A stretch of DNA of 64,000 nt from contig OZ242005.1 in NCBI GenBank assembly GCA_965204725.1, positions 1,568,001 to 1,632,000 of the forward strand. Reading direction: 5' to 3'. This DNA comes from Candidatus Latescibacterota bacterium. Lineage in GTDB: Bacteria > Latescibacterota > UBA2968 > UBA8231. The notes under the pieces are model-generated. The model worked only from the letters and a program-made list of their open reading frames with translations. It was not told the DNA's origin and searched no databases. Every line of letters begins with the position of its first letter. Position 1 is the stretch's first letter. Of this stretch, positions 30,913-39,355 are shown in pieces. The position numbers were made by a program, and so were the translations under genes.

Positions 30913-33186
30913 ATGGCCAATAAAAAAGTGAAAAACGTGGTGGTGCTCGGTGCCGGGGTCATGGGCGGGCAAATCGCGGCGCTACTCGCCGGCGCGGGCC
31001 ATCGGGTGCGTCTGCTCGACTTGCCGCTGGCTGGCGATGATGCGGGCCGCGCCCGTCAGGGGCTGGATAGGACCCGTGCGCTCCGCCCTCCCGCTTTCTA
31101 TCTAGCGGAGATGGCCCGGCGCGTCGAGTTGGGGAGCATGGAGGATCTAGCGTGCGTTGGGGAGGCCGATTGGGTTATTGAAGCCGTACTAGAAGAGATC
31201 GCGCCCAAGCGGGCCTTGCTGGCCCGGCTAGAGCCGTACCTGCACGACGGATTGGTCATCAGCAGCAATACCTCGGGGCTATCTATTGCCGAGTTGGCCC
31301 GCGGCCGATCGCCAGAATTTTGCCGACGCTTTCTCGGGGTGCATTTCTTTAATCCACCGCGCTACATGAAGTTGGTCGAAGTCATACCCGGGCCTACCAC
31401 GGAGGCGTCCATCGTCCAGCAGGTGGTGGATTTCCTCACGGCGGAGTTGGGCAAGGGAGTGGTCTGCGGCCGCGACACCCCCAACTTCATCGGCAATCGC
31501 CTGTGGATTTTTGCCGTCTGCGACATGCTGCAAAGGATGGAGCGGGACGGGCTAGGCGTGGCCGAGGTCGATGCGCTGACCGGACCGCTGATGGGACGGC
31601 CCCCCAGCGCGACTTTGCGCGTTTGCGACCTCGTGGGGCTGGACACGGTCGCCCACGTGGCCGAGACCAGCTATGAAGGAGTCTCGACCGATCCGTGGCG
31701 GTCGCTTTTTGTTCTGCCAGTATTTTATCGACGAATGTTGGAGGAGAACTTGCTCGGGGCCAAGGTCAATGCCGGGTTTTACCGCAAAGGCGAGGCGGGC
31801 ATTGAGGTCCTCGACTTGGATACCTTCGCGTACCAACCCCTGCAAAAGGTAGAGCCCTTGGAAGCGGCGTTGCGCGAGCGTTCCTCAGCGCGCCGCCTCC
31901 GCGCCTTGTGGAACGATTCGGGCCGGTGGGGAACGCTCGGGCGGGCGCATCTGCTGGCCGTGCTGGCCTACGCCGCTGAGCATGCCGGCGCGATAGCCGG
32001 CGCGATTGGCCCGATCGATCAGGCGATGCGCTGGGGATTTAACTGGGCGCTAGGGCCTTTTGAGTTGTGGGATCTCTTCGGCGTCGAAGAGGTAGTCGAG
32101 TCTCTGGCCGCGAACCAACAGCGCGTACCCGACCTCGCCACCCAATTGCTCGCCGCCGGTGAAACGCACTTTTACCAAGGGCAGAGTGCATTCTCGCCGA
32201 CCCGGTTGCAGCGCGAGAGCTGGCAACAGCCCGCCGACGATTGGGCTAGGCTCGCGGCCGAGCGCGCCGTCTGGTCCAATGCCGGGGCCTACTTGGTCGA
32301 GCTGGACGAGGGACTGGGGGCGTTGGTTTTCAGCGGCAAGATGAACGCCTTGGGACCGGCGGCGTTAGAAGCGGTCCACCACGCGGTGGATACGGCCCCC
32401 TTTGCGGGCTTGGTGCTCGCTGGCGCGGGGACCTTGTTCTCGGTCGGTGCCGACTTGAAGCACGTGGCCAAGCTCGCCGACGAGGGCGACTGGCCGGGGC
32501 TGGAAGCGTTTGTCGCGGCCTTTCAAGAGGCCGTGCAAGCGCTGCGCTACGCGCCTTTTCCGGTCGTCGCGGCCCTCCGCGGCTTGGCGCTCGGAGGCGG
32601 GTGCGAGTTCGCCTTGGGTGCCGCTGGGTGCGTGGCGGCGGCGGAACTAGGCATGGGCTTGGTGGAGACCAAGGTTGGCCTGATCCCCGGCAGCGGCGGC
32701 TGCATGGAGATGGCGCGCCGGCGGGCGAGCGATATAGCATCCGCGTTTGAGACGATTTTTATCGGGGACTTCAGCGACAACGCTTTTCAGGCCCGAGCGT
32801 GGGGGCTCCTCCGGGCAGAGGACGAAATTGCCTTGGCCGAGGGTCAGCTCTTAAAACGGGCCGCCGCCAAACTGCGTACCTTGATCGCCGCCGGCTACTG
32901 CGCTGGCGCACCAAGTGGGATAGAGGTTGCTGGCGACGAGGGGCTCGCGCTTTTGCACGAGCGCATAGATAAAGGCCGGGCCGCCGGGCAACTCAGCGAG
33001 CACGACGGGGTCGTCGGGCGCGGTCTAGCGCGGGTGCTTACAGGCGCTGGCGGGCCGCGCCGAAGAGTAGAAGAGCGCCACTTACTCGATTTGGAACGCG
33101 AAGTCTTTCTGCATCTATGTGGCACTGAGCGGACGCGACAGCGCATAGCGCATATACTACACACGGGTAAACCACTGAGAAATTGA
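30913..33186 (+). CDS. 3-hydroxyacyl-CoA dehydrogenase / enoyl-CoA hydratase fusion (FadN-like)
   Basis: LGAGVMG, SSNTSGL, HFFNPPRYM, FSVGADL, ALGGGCE, GLVE, TGKPLRN. Confidence 0.92.
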   Translation: MANKKVKNVVVLGAGVMGGQIAALLAGAGHRVRLLDLPLAGDDAGRARQGLDRTRALRPPAFYLAEMARRVELGSMEDLACVGEADWVIEAVLEEIAPKRALLARLEPYLHDGLVISSNTSGLSIAELARGRSPEFCRRFLGVHFFNPPRYMKLVEVIPGPTTEASIVQQVVDFLTAELGKGVVCGRDTPNFIGNRLWIFAVCDMLQRMERDGLGVAEVDALTGPLMGRPPSATLRVCDLVGLDTVAHVAETSYEGVSTDPWRSLFVLPVFYRRMLEENLLGAKVNAGFYRKGEAGIEVLDLDTFAYQPLQKVEPLEAALRERSSARRLRALWNDSGRWGTLGRAHLLAVLAYAAEHAGAIAGAIGPIDQAMRWGFNWALGPFELWDLFGVEEVVESLAANQQRVPDLATQLLAAGETHFYQGQSAFSPTRLQRESWQQPADDWARLAAERAVWSNAGAYLVELDEGLGALVFSGKMNALGPAALEAVHHAVDTAPFAGLVLAGAGTLFSVGADLKHVAKLADEGDWPGLEAFVAAFQEAVQALRYAPFPVVAALRGLALGGGCEFALGAAGCVAAAELGMGLVETKVGLIPGSGGCMEMARRRASDIASAFETIFIGDFSDNAFQARAWGLLRAEDEIALAEGQLLKRAAAKLRTLIAAGYCAGAPSGIEVAGDEGLALLHERIDKGRAAGQLSEHDGVVGRGLARVLTGAGGPRRRVEERHLLDLEREVFLHLCGTERTRQRIAHILHTGKPLRN

Positions 33187-33202
33187 AAGAGGAGGGTCCC
33201 TT

Positions 33203-34645
33203 ATGGGCTTGCGGAGTGCGGCCGAATTTAAGGAGGGCTTGCGCGACGGGCGCGAGGTGTATCATCGGGGAGCTCGGGTCGAAGACGTAACCGTGCATGA
33301 CGACTTGGGGATTGGGGTGGAGCATGTTGCCTTGGACTTTGAGCTGGCCGAGGACAAAGAACACCGCGACCTGATGACTTGGATGGACGGCGAGCTGGGC
33401 GAACCTGTCAGTCGCTACTTTAAGACGCCGACGGATGCCGAAGACTTGCTCAACCGCCGCGAGATGATTGAGCGTTCGACGCGGCTGGGCCACAGCGTGG
33501 TGTTGCTAATCAAGGAAATTGGCTCCGACGCGCTCTTCGCCATCGATTTGATCGCCGACCATTTGGACCAACATGCCGGTGGACGATACCGCGCGCGGGT
33601 GCAAGCCTTTCACCGCGCGTGCAAGCAGCGCGACCTGAGCTTGGCCGTGGCCCAAACCGACGCAAAGGGCGACCGCAGTCTCTTGCCCTCGCAGCAAGCG
33701 CACCCCGACTACTATGTCCACATCGTTGAGGAGCGGGCCGACGGGATCGTGGTGCGCGGGGCCAAGGCCCACACGACATGCGCCCCGTATGTCGATGAAC
33801 TCATCGTCTTGCCGACGCGGGCGCTCAAGGAGGTGGACGCGGCCTATGCTGTTGCCTTTGCCACGCCAGTCAATGCCCCGGGGGTCAAGCTGATCGCCAG
33901 CCCCTTTGGCTCGCCGCCGGTGAGCAAGTTTCACCATCCGGTCAGCTCCGAGCACCGCATGATCGACACCCTGACGATCTTCGACGATGTCTTTGTTCCC
34001 AACGAGCGCGTCTTTCTCAAGGGGGAGTGGCAATACGCCGGGCCGCTGGCCAACGCCTTCGTCGAATTTCACCGCTTTACGGCCGCCTCGTACAAACCGC
34101 CGCTCTGCGACCTCTTTATTGGGGCGGCGGCGCTGCTAGCCCAGTACAACGGAATCGCCCAGGCCGGCCATGTGCGCGAGAAGCTGACCAAGCTCATCAC
34201 CTATGCCGAGACCGTCCGCGGGCTGACCTTGGCCGCGGCCCACGATTGCCGCATCGCTGCAAACGGCACGGCCGTGCCCAATATCGTCTTCGCCAACCTC
34301 GCTAAATTCCACTTTGCCAATAACTATCACCAAGCCGTAGCTTGGGTCCAGGACATCGCCGGCGGGCTGGTGGTCACCGGGCCGTCGGAAGAGGACTTGG
34401 TCAATCCCGCGACGAAGGGCTATATCGAACGCTTCTTAGGCGGTGGGAACGGCGTTGATGCCGAGGCGCGGCTGAGGGCGCTCAACTTGGTGCGCGACCT
34501 GACGGCTTCAACGTTTGGTGGTTACAACGAGTTGCTGGCCATTCACGCCGAAGGCTCGTTAGAAACCCAGAAAATTACCATCCTGCGCGATTACGATGTC
34601 GAGCGCTGTCTCCGGCTGGCCAAAGAAGCCATTGGCATTGATTGA
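33203..34645 (+). CDS. 4-hydroxyphenylacetate 3-hydroxylase / 4-hydroxybutyryl-CoA dehydratase family flavoprotein
   Basis: LRDGREVY..G, AQTDAKGDRS, GIVVRGAKAH, IFDDVFVP.ERVF, QDIAGG, HAEGS. Confidence 0.85.
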   Translation: MGLRSAAEFKEGLRDGREVYHRGARVEDVTVHDDLGIGVEHVALDFELAEDKEHRDLMTWMDGELGEPVSRYFKTPTDAEDLLNRREMIERSTRLGHSVVLLIKEIGSDALFAIDLIADHLDQHAGGRYRARVQAFHRACKQRDLSLAVAQTDAKGDRSLLPSQQAHPDYYVHIVEERADGIVVRGAKAHTTCAPYVDELIVLPTRALKEVDAAYAVAFATPVNAPGVKLIASPFGSPPVSKFHHPVSSEHRMIDTLTIFDDVFVPNERVFLKGEWQYAGPLANAFVEFHRFTAASYKPPLCDLFIGAAALLAQYNGIAQAGHVREKLTKLITYAETVRGLTLAAAHDCRIAANGTAVPNIVFANLAKFHFANNYHQAVAWVQDIAGGLVVTGPSEEDLVNPATKGYIERFLGGGNGVDAEARLRALNLVRDLTASTFGGYNELLAIHAEGSLETQKITILRDYDVERCLRLAKEAIGID

Positions 34646-34696
34646 GCCAAACAAACGGTTGAGAATAGAAAATACAAATAAAGACCGTTGAAACAG

Positions 34697-34725
34697 TTGA
34701 TTATCTCACATTCAGGCTCTATATT
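34697..34725 (+). promoter_or_regulatory. Sigma70-type promoter ahead of a ~155-nt leader
   Basis: TTGATT-17 bp-TATATT. Confidence 0.55.
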
Positions 34726-34887
34726 AGTCAAACCTCCTCTTCTGTTCGGTTTCTCCAAAACCGCATTACTTTCGGCTGCATCCTCCTCCGCATCCGAAAC
34801 TCCCTTCTTACCATATCAGGTACCATCATAGCTTAATGCAGCCACGAGTCCCCATGCTGGCTCATTAGCAACAGGAGGCGTCAAGTT

Positions 34888-35733
34888 ATGACTACCTTTC
34901 AGACCGATTCTATCGTGGATCAGTATTTCCACGAGATCGAGGATTCTGTCGGGTTATCGTCCGAGGATGAAGTAGCCATTGCCCAGCAAATAAAAGAGGG
35001 AGACGAAGAGGCCCTATCCGATCTGGTGAAAGCCAATCTGCGATTTGTCGTCAGCGTGGCGAAGCAATATCAGAATTTGGGGTTGCCCCTTTCGGACCTG
35101 ATCAACGAGGGGAACTTGGGGCTTATTATCGCCGCCAAGCGCTTTGACGGCACGAAGGGCTTCAAGTTCATTTCCTATGCCGTGTGGTGGATCCGCCAGT
35201 CGATCCTGCAAGCATTGGCCAATCAGTCGCGCATCGTGCGGTTGCCACTGAATCGCATCGGCGATTTGACTCGCGTCAACCGGGTGTTCAACAAGCTCGA
35301 ACAGGGACTGGGGCGGCCCCCGGAAGTAGATGAAATAGCCGAAGAGCTAGAGGTCGAACCTAGCGACATGGAGCTTTTGTTGCGGTTGGCCCAAAGGCCG
35401 GTTTCGCTGGAGATGCCCTGCGATGAATCCGAACCGGATCGCTGTTTCGGCGATCTAATTCCCGACCACAGTCAGCCTTCCAGCGACGAGGCCCTCTCCA
35501 GCGACGAGCTCAAAGCGGTGATCCTCAACGCCATGCACTCCTTGACCGAGGGCGAGGCCCGCGTTTTGAAAATGTATTACGGATTGGATGGACACGAGCC
35601 GATGACCTTGGAGAAGATCGGGGCCTATGTCGGGCGCACTCGGGAGCGGGTGCGGCAAATCAAGGAAAAAGCCTTGCAGAAGCTCCGCCATCCCGCTCGC
35701 TGCGACTCCCTCAAGGAGTACTACGCGGATTAA
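34888..35733 (+). CDS. RpoD/SigA-family sigma factor lacking region 1.1
   Basis: ANLRFVVSVAKQY, DLINEGNLGL, FISYAVWWIRQ, TRERVRQI; 281 aa; AGGAGG SD. Confidence 0.95.
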   Translation: MTTFQTDSIVDQYFHEIEDSVGLSSEDEVAIAQQIKEGDEEALSDLVKANLRFVVSVAKQYQNLGLPLSDLINEGNLGLIIAAKRFDGTKGFKFISYAVWWIRQSILQALANQSRIVRLPLNRIGDLTRVNRVFNKLEQGLGRPPEVDEIAEELEVEPSDMELLLRLAQRPVSLEMPCDESEPDRCFGDLIPDHSQPSSDEALSSDELKAVILNAMHSLTEGEARVLKMYYGLDGHEPMTLEKIGAYVGRTRERVRQIKEKALQKLRHPARCDSLKEYYAD

Positions 35734-35794
35734 TCGTCCACGGCTGCGGGGTGAAAAAACGGGAAACGCTAGGCCGCTAGCGTCTGGGCCTTAT

Positions 35795-35823
35795 TTGATT
35801 TTTGCCCGATTTTTCGTTACTAT
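35795..35823 (+). promoter_or_regulatory. Sigma70-type promoter of tRNA-Asn
   Basis: TTGATT-17 bp-TACTAT ending 8 nt before the tRNA 5' end. Confidence 0.6.
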
Positions 35824-35831
35824 TTGTTCAT

Positions 35832-35907
35832 TCCGCGGTAGCTCAGTTGGCAGAGCGGGTGGCTGTTAACCACTTGGTCGTAGGTTCGAATCCTACCCGC
35901 GGAGCCA
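35832..35907 (+). tRNA. tRNA-Asn (GTT)
   Basis: 76-nt cloverleaf: TCCGCGG/CCGCGGA acceptor, AGCTCAGTTGG D arm, CTGTTAA anticodon loop, GGTTCGAATCC T arm, encoded CCA. Confidence 0.98.
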
Positions 35908-35915
35908 GATTGGCA

Positions 35916-35957
35916 AAGGTCGCCGCCGTGCCTAAGACTCAGGCGCGGCGGCGATTT
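35916..35957. terminator. GC-rich hairpin after tRNA, probable terminator
   Basis: TCGCCGCCGTGCCT..AGGCGCGGCGGCGA stem followed by TTTGTC. Confidence 0.6.
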
Positions 35958-36025
35958 GTCGTTTGGGTTCGACCATTATTATTCTGCGTCCAAACCTTCC
36001 TTCTTTCTGCTTTCCCAACGCACTA

Positions 36026-37081
36026 TCATTCAAAGAGGGCCGCGTATTCGCCATAGCCTTCTTGGGCTAAATCCTCAACGGGAATAAAGCGCAGGGCGGC
36101 CGAGTTGATGCAGTAGCGCAGCCCTGTGGGCGGCGGGCCGTCCGCAAAGACGTGCCCAAGATGAGAGTCGGCGTATTTGCTGCGGACCTCGACGCGGGTC
36201 ATAAACAGCGAATTGTCGGTGTGCTCGACGATGTGATTCGGCTCTAGGGGCTGGGTAAAGCTGGGCCAGCCGGTGCCGGATTTGAATTTGTGCTGCGAGC
36301 TAAAGAGGGGTTCGCCGGAAACGATATCGACGTAGATGCCCGCGGCTTTGTTATCCCAGTACAGGTTGTGGAAGGGCCGCTCGGTCGCGTCTTCTTGCGT
36401 GACCCGAAATTGCAAGTCCGTGAGTTTGGCACTCAAGGAGTCGATGGGCGGTTTGGCATATTGGGCACTGGCCGTTGGCGTCGGGCGATCGTTGCCCCAC
36501 GTCTCTTCAATAAAGCGGTCGCGGCCCGAGCCTTGGCGATAGCGTTGGTAGTGCTGGGGGTTTTTTCGGTAGTAATCTTGGTGGTACTCCTCGGCCGGAT
36601 AAAAGGTAGTAGCTGGACGGATGGACGTGACAATGGGCTTGTCAAAGCGGCCCGACTCGTCGAGAGCCTGCTTGCTGGCTTCGGCTAAGGTGCGTTGCTC
36701 TTCGTCGTGGTAAAATATGGCCGAGGTATATTGGTGACCGCGGTCGTAAAAGGACCCCCCGCGATCGGTGGGATCGAATTGACGCCAGTACATGTTGAGG
36801 AGTTGGCTAAAAGAGACAACCTCGGGGTCAAAGGTGACCAAGACGGACTCGATGTGCTTGGTCGCACCGGAACTGACTTGCTTATAAGTTGGGTTTTCGC
36901 GCTCGCCGCCGGTGTAGCCGGAAACGGCTGAGACGACGCCCTCGACCTTGTCAAAGGGTGCTTCAATGCACCAGAAACACCCCCCGGCAAACGTCGCTTG
37001 GGCGTAGTTTTGGGCGCGGCTGGTTTGCGTACTAAAAATCCCCAGCACTGCGCCGAGCAGAATGAGTAGTTTGGCGTCCAT
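36026..37081 (-). CDS. msrAB: Bifunctional methionine sulfoxide reductase A/B with signal peptide
   Basis: [17 protein letters not shown] (MsrA); GTGWPSF, SHLGHVF, RYCINS (MsrB); N-terminal hydrophobic leader ending SRA; AAGGAGG SD. Confidence 0.95.
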   Translation of the reverse strand: MDAKLLILLGAVLGIFSTQTSRAQNYAQATFAGGCFWCIEAPFDKVEGVVSAVSGYTGGERENPTYKQVSSGATKHIESVLVTFDPEVVSFSQLLNMYWRQFDPTDRGGSFYDRGHQYTSAIFYHDEEQRTLAEASKQALDESGRFDKPIVTSIRPATTFYPAEEYHQDYYRKNPQHYQRYRQGSGRDRFIEETWGNDRPTPTASAQYAKPPIDSLSAKLTDLQFRVTQEDATERPFHNLYWDNKAAGIYVDIVSGEPLFSSQHKFKSGTGWPSFTQPLEPNHIVEHTDNSLFMTRVEVRSKYADSHLGHVFADGPPPTGLRYCINSAALRFIPVEDLAQEGYGEYAALFE

Positions 37082-37310
37082 AGTTCCTCCTTTGGTGTAC
37101 CCTCTTTGGGTTGAATTCCCCGCCGCTTTCGACGTATTCATACCTGTCCCGGTCTCGGGGCGGGGCCGAACTTCATATAGAACACCGCAGCAATCGCCCA
37201 GTTCCGCGCTCGCTTAGAAGCGCAGCGATCGGGACCGACCTGCGTCTCGCCGATGCGTTCGGCCTTTGCGTCCACGCCCTAAAAAATGGGATCGCGAACA
37301 GGGTCGCAAA

Positions 37311-37361
37311 CCGGGATGGAGGACATCGCACCCTCGACGAGGGCAAGATGCCCTCCATCCT
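37311..37361. repeat. REP-like palindromic repeat family A, copy 1
   Basis: GGATGGAGGACATCGCACCCTCG-A-CGAGGGCAAGATGCCCTCCATCC; near-identical to 62684-62734. Confidence 0.8.
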
Positions 37362-37408
37362 TGGAAGTAAGATGCCAACGCGGGGATTCCGGCTATATTA
37401 TTAACGAT

Positions 37409-39355
37409 ATGCGGACTGTAGGTATCGGTATCGGCGCGGTGCGGCTGGGGCGCGAAAAAGCCATCCTCGGGGCGATTTTAACCGCCGCTCTCGGCGTACG
37501 CCTAGCCTATCTCTATCAAGCGGTTGACACGCCGCTCTTCGATGTCCTCCTGATCGACTCCGAGTTCTACGACCGCCGCGCCCGGGCCATTGTCGCGGGC
37601 GATTGGCTCGGCGATCAGCCTTTCTTTATGAATCCGTTGTACCCCTACTTTTTGGCCGCCATTTACGCGCTTTTTGGGGCTGAATACTGGTGGGTTGGCG
37701 TGGTGCAGGCGATGCTGGGAACGGGCAGTTGCTATTTGATCTACGCGCTGGGCCGGAAACTGTGGCGTCCGCAAATTGGCTTGTTGGCCGCGGGCATGGC
37801 GGCATTTTACCAGCCTTATGTGTTCTACGACGGGGCCCTGCTGACCGCCGCGCCGATCACCTTTCTGAATCTCGCCGCTCTGTATTGCTTGGCCCACGCG
37901 CAGGGTGCGGCGCGGTGGTTGTGGGGGGCTGGTTTGCTGTTGGGGCTTTCGGCTACGGCGCGGCCCATGGTCTTGCTGTTTGTCGCGGTGGTCGCGGGCT
38001 GGCTTGTCGCGCAGTGGGGTCGGCGCGGTTGGCGGCAGTGGGGCTGGGTCGTCGTGGGCTGCGGTCTCGTGGTGGGGGTGGTGGCTTGGCGCAACTACTA
38101 CGTCGGCGGGGAGTGGCTGCTGACCACGTCCTCGGCTGGGATGAACTTCTACGTCGGCAACCACCCCGAGGCCAGCGGCATCTACGCGCAGGTCGATTTC
38201 CTGCCCAGTGCCGAGCCAGACTTGGAACGCGCGGCGTTTATCCGCGAGGCCGAGGCGCGCACGGGCCGAGAGTTGACCCCGGCTCAAGCCTCCAGATTCT
38301 GGCTCGCAGCGGGCTTGCGCTTTGTCGCGGAAAATCCCCGCGCGTATCTGGCACTGCAAGGCCGCAAACTCTACATGTTCTGGAACGGAGTTGAGGCGCA
38401 AAACAACTTGAGTCTGTATTTGGCGCGGGACTTTGTGCCCCTGTTGCGCTGGTGCGTTTTGGGCTGGGGGCTGGTGGCCCCGCTGGCGGTCGCTGGCTGG
38501 GCTGCGAGTCGCCGCTCGGTCCTGCTCGACCTGTATCTGGCGAGCTATCTGGCCGCTTGCCTGCTGTTTTTCACGTCCTCGGAATACCGCCTGCCCGTCG
38601 TGCCGGTGGTTCTGCTCTACGCCGCTTGCTGGATGGACCACGTTGCGACTTGGGCGCGGGGTGGGGCGCGTCGGCTGCTGCTGCGATCGGGCCTGTTGGT
38701 GGCCTTAATCGCGCTGCCTATTAACTACCGAGACGCCGGGGCCGAGCGGCTGACCCGCAAGCGCGTTGATTACTACAATTTCGGAACCTTGTATCAACGC
38801 CGGGGGGCTTGGGCGGCGTCCGAGCGCATGTTCCGCGAGGCCCTGCGTATCGACCCGTCGTTTGCGCCGGCCGCCGCTGGCCTAGCGGCCGTATTGGCGC
38901 GACGAGAAGATGGTCGCTCGGACCTCAAGCGCGGATTAGAGCGCTTCGGCGCGGGGGAGTACGAGGCGGCGATTGCGGCCTTTAGCCTCGCCTCGCCCTC
39001 GCCCGGGCGGCACAACAACCTCGGCCTGTGCTATTATCGCCTCGGTCAATGGAGCGACGCCATTGAGCATTTCCATCAGGCCCTCGCCCTCGATGCCGGC
39101 TACGCCCGAGCGCATTTTAATCTCGGCTTGGTGTATGCCAAGCAGGGCGATGACCAAGCCGCGGCCGATGCCTTTGCCGCGGCCCTCGAACTCGACCCCA
39201 ATCACGTCCAAGCGCACTATCGCCGCGGGGAAGTCTTGGTGCGCTCGGGGCGTCCCCGCCAAGCAGAAGTCCACTGGGCGTTTTTGTCGGCGCGAAACCC
39301 CGATGACGTGCGCTTGCGGGCGAAAATCGATTCCATGATGCAGGCGAATCCTTGA
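37409..39355 (+). CDS. GT-C (family 39/PMT-like) membrane glycosyltransferase with C-terminal TPRs
   Basis: DSEFYD loop, PLYPYFLA, many TM helices, NFYVGN, EYRLP, TPR motifs HNNLGLCY and HFNLGLVY. Confidence 0.85.
   Translation: MRTVGIGIGAVRLGREKAILGAILTAALGVRLAYLYQAVDTPLFDVLLIDSEFYDRRARAIVAGDWLGDQPFFMNPLYPYFLAAIYALFGAEYWWVGVVQAMLGTGSCYLIYALGRKLWRPQIGLLAAGMAAFYQPYVFYDGALLTAAPITFLNLAALYCLAHAQGAARWLWGAGLLLGLSATARPMVLLFVAVVAGWLVAQWGRRGWRQWGWVVVGCGLVVGVVAWRNYYVGGEWLLTTSSAGMNFYVGNHPEASGIYAQVDFLPSAEPDLERAAFIREAEARTGRELTPAQASRFWLAAGLRFVAENPRAYLALQGRKLYMFWNGVEAQNNLSLYLARDFVPLLRWCVLGWGLVAPLAVAGWAASRRSVLLDLYLASYLAACLLFFTSSEYRLPVVPVVLLYAACWMDHVATWARGGARRLLLRSGLLVALIALPINYRDAGAERLTRKRVDYYNFGTLYQRRGAWAASERMFREALRIDPSFAPAAAGLAAVLARREDGRSDLKRGLERFGAGEYEAAIAAFSLASPSPGRHNNLGLCYYRLGQWSDAIEHFHQALALDAGYARAHFNLGLVYAKQGDDQAAADAFAAALELDPNHVQAHYRRGEVLVRSGRPRQAEVHWAFLSARNPDDVRLRAKIDSMMQANP

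Noticed and set aside
35832-36020. tRNA-Asn as a possible island integration site
   Set aside because: No integrase and no duplicated tRNA 3' end seen; flanks are ordinary genes.
37502-38641. Long antisense ORF (379 aa), likewise 39652-40689 and 47608-48867
   Set aside because: Shadow frames of real genes in GC-rich DNA; no motifs or SD support.
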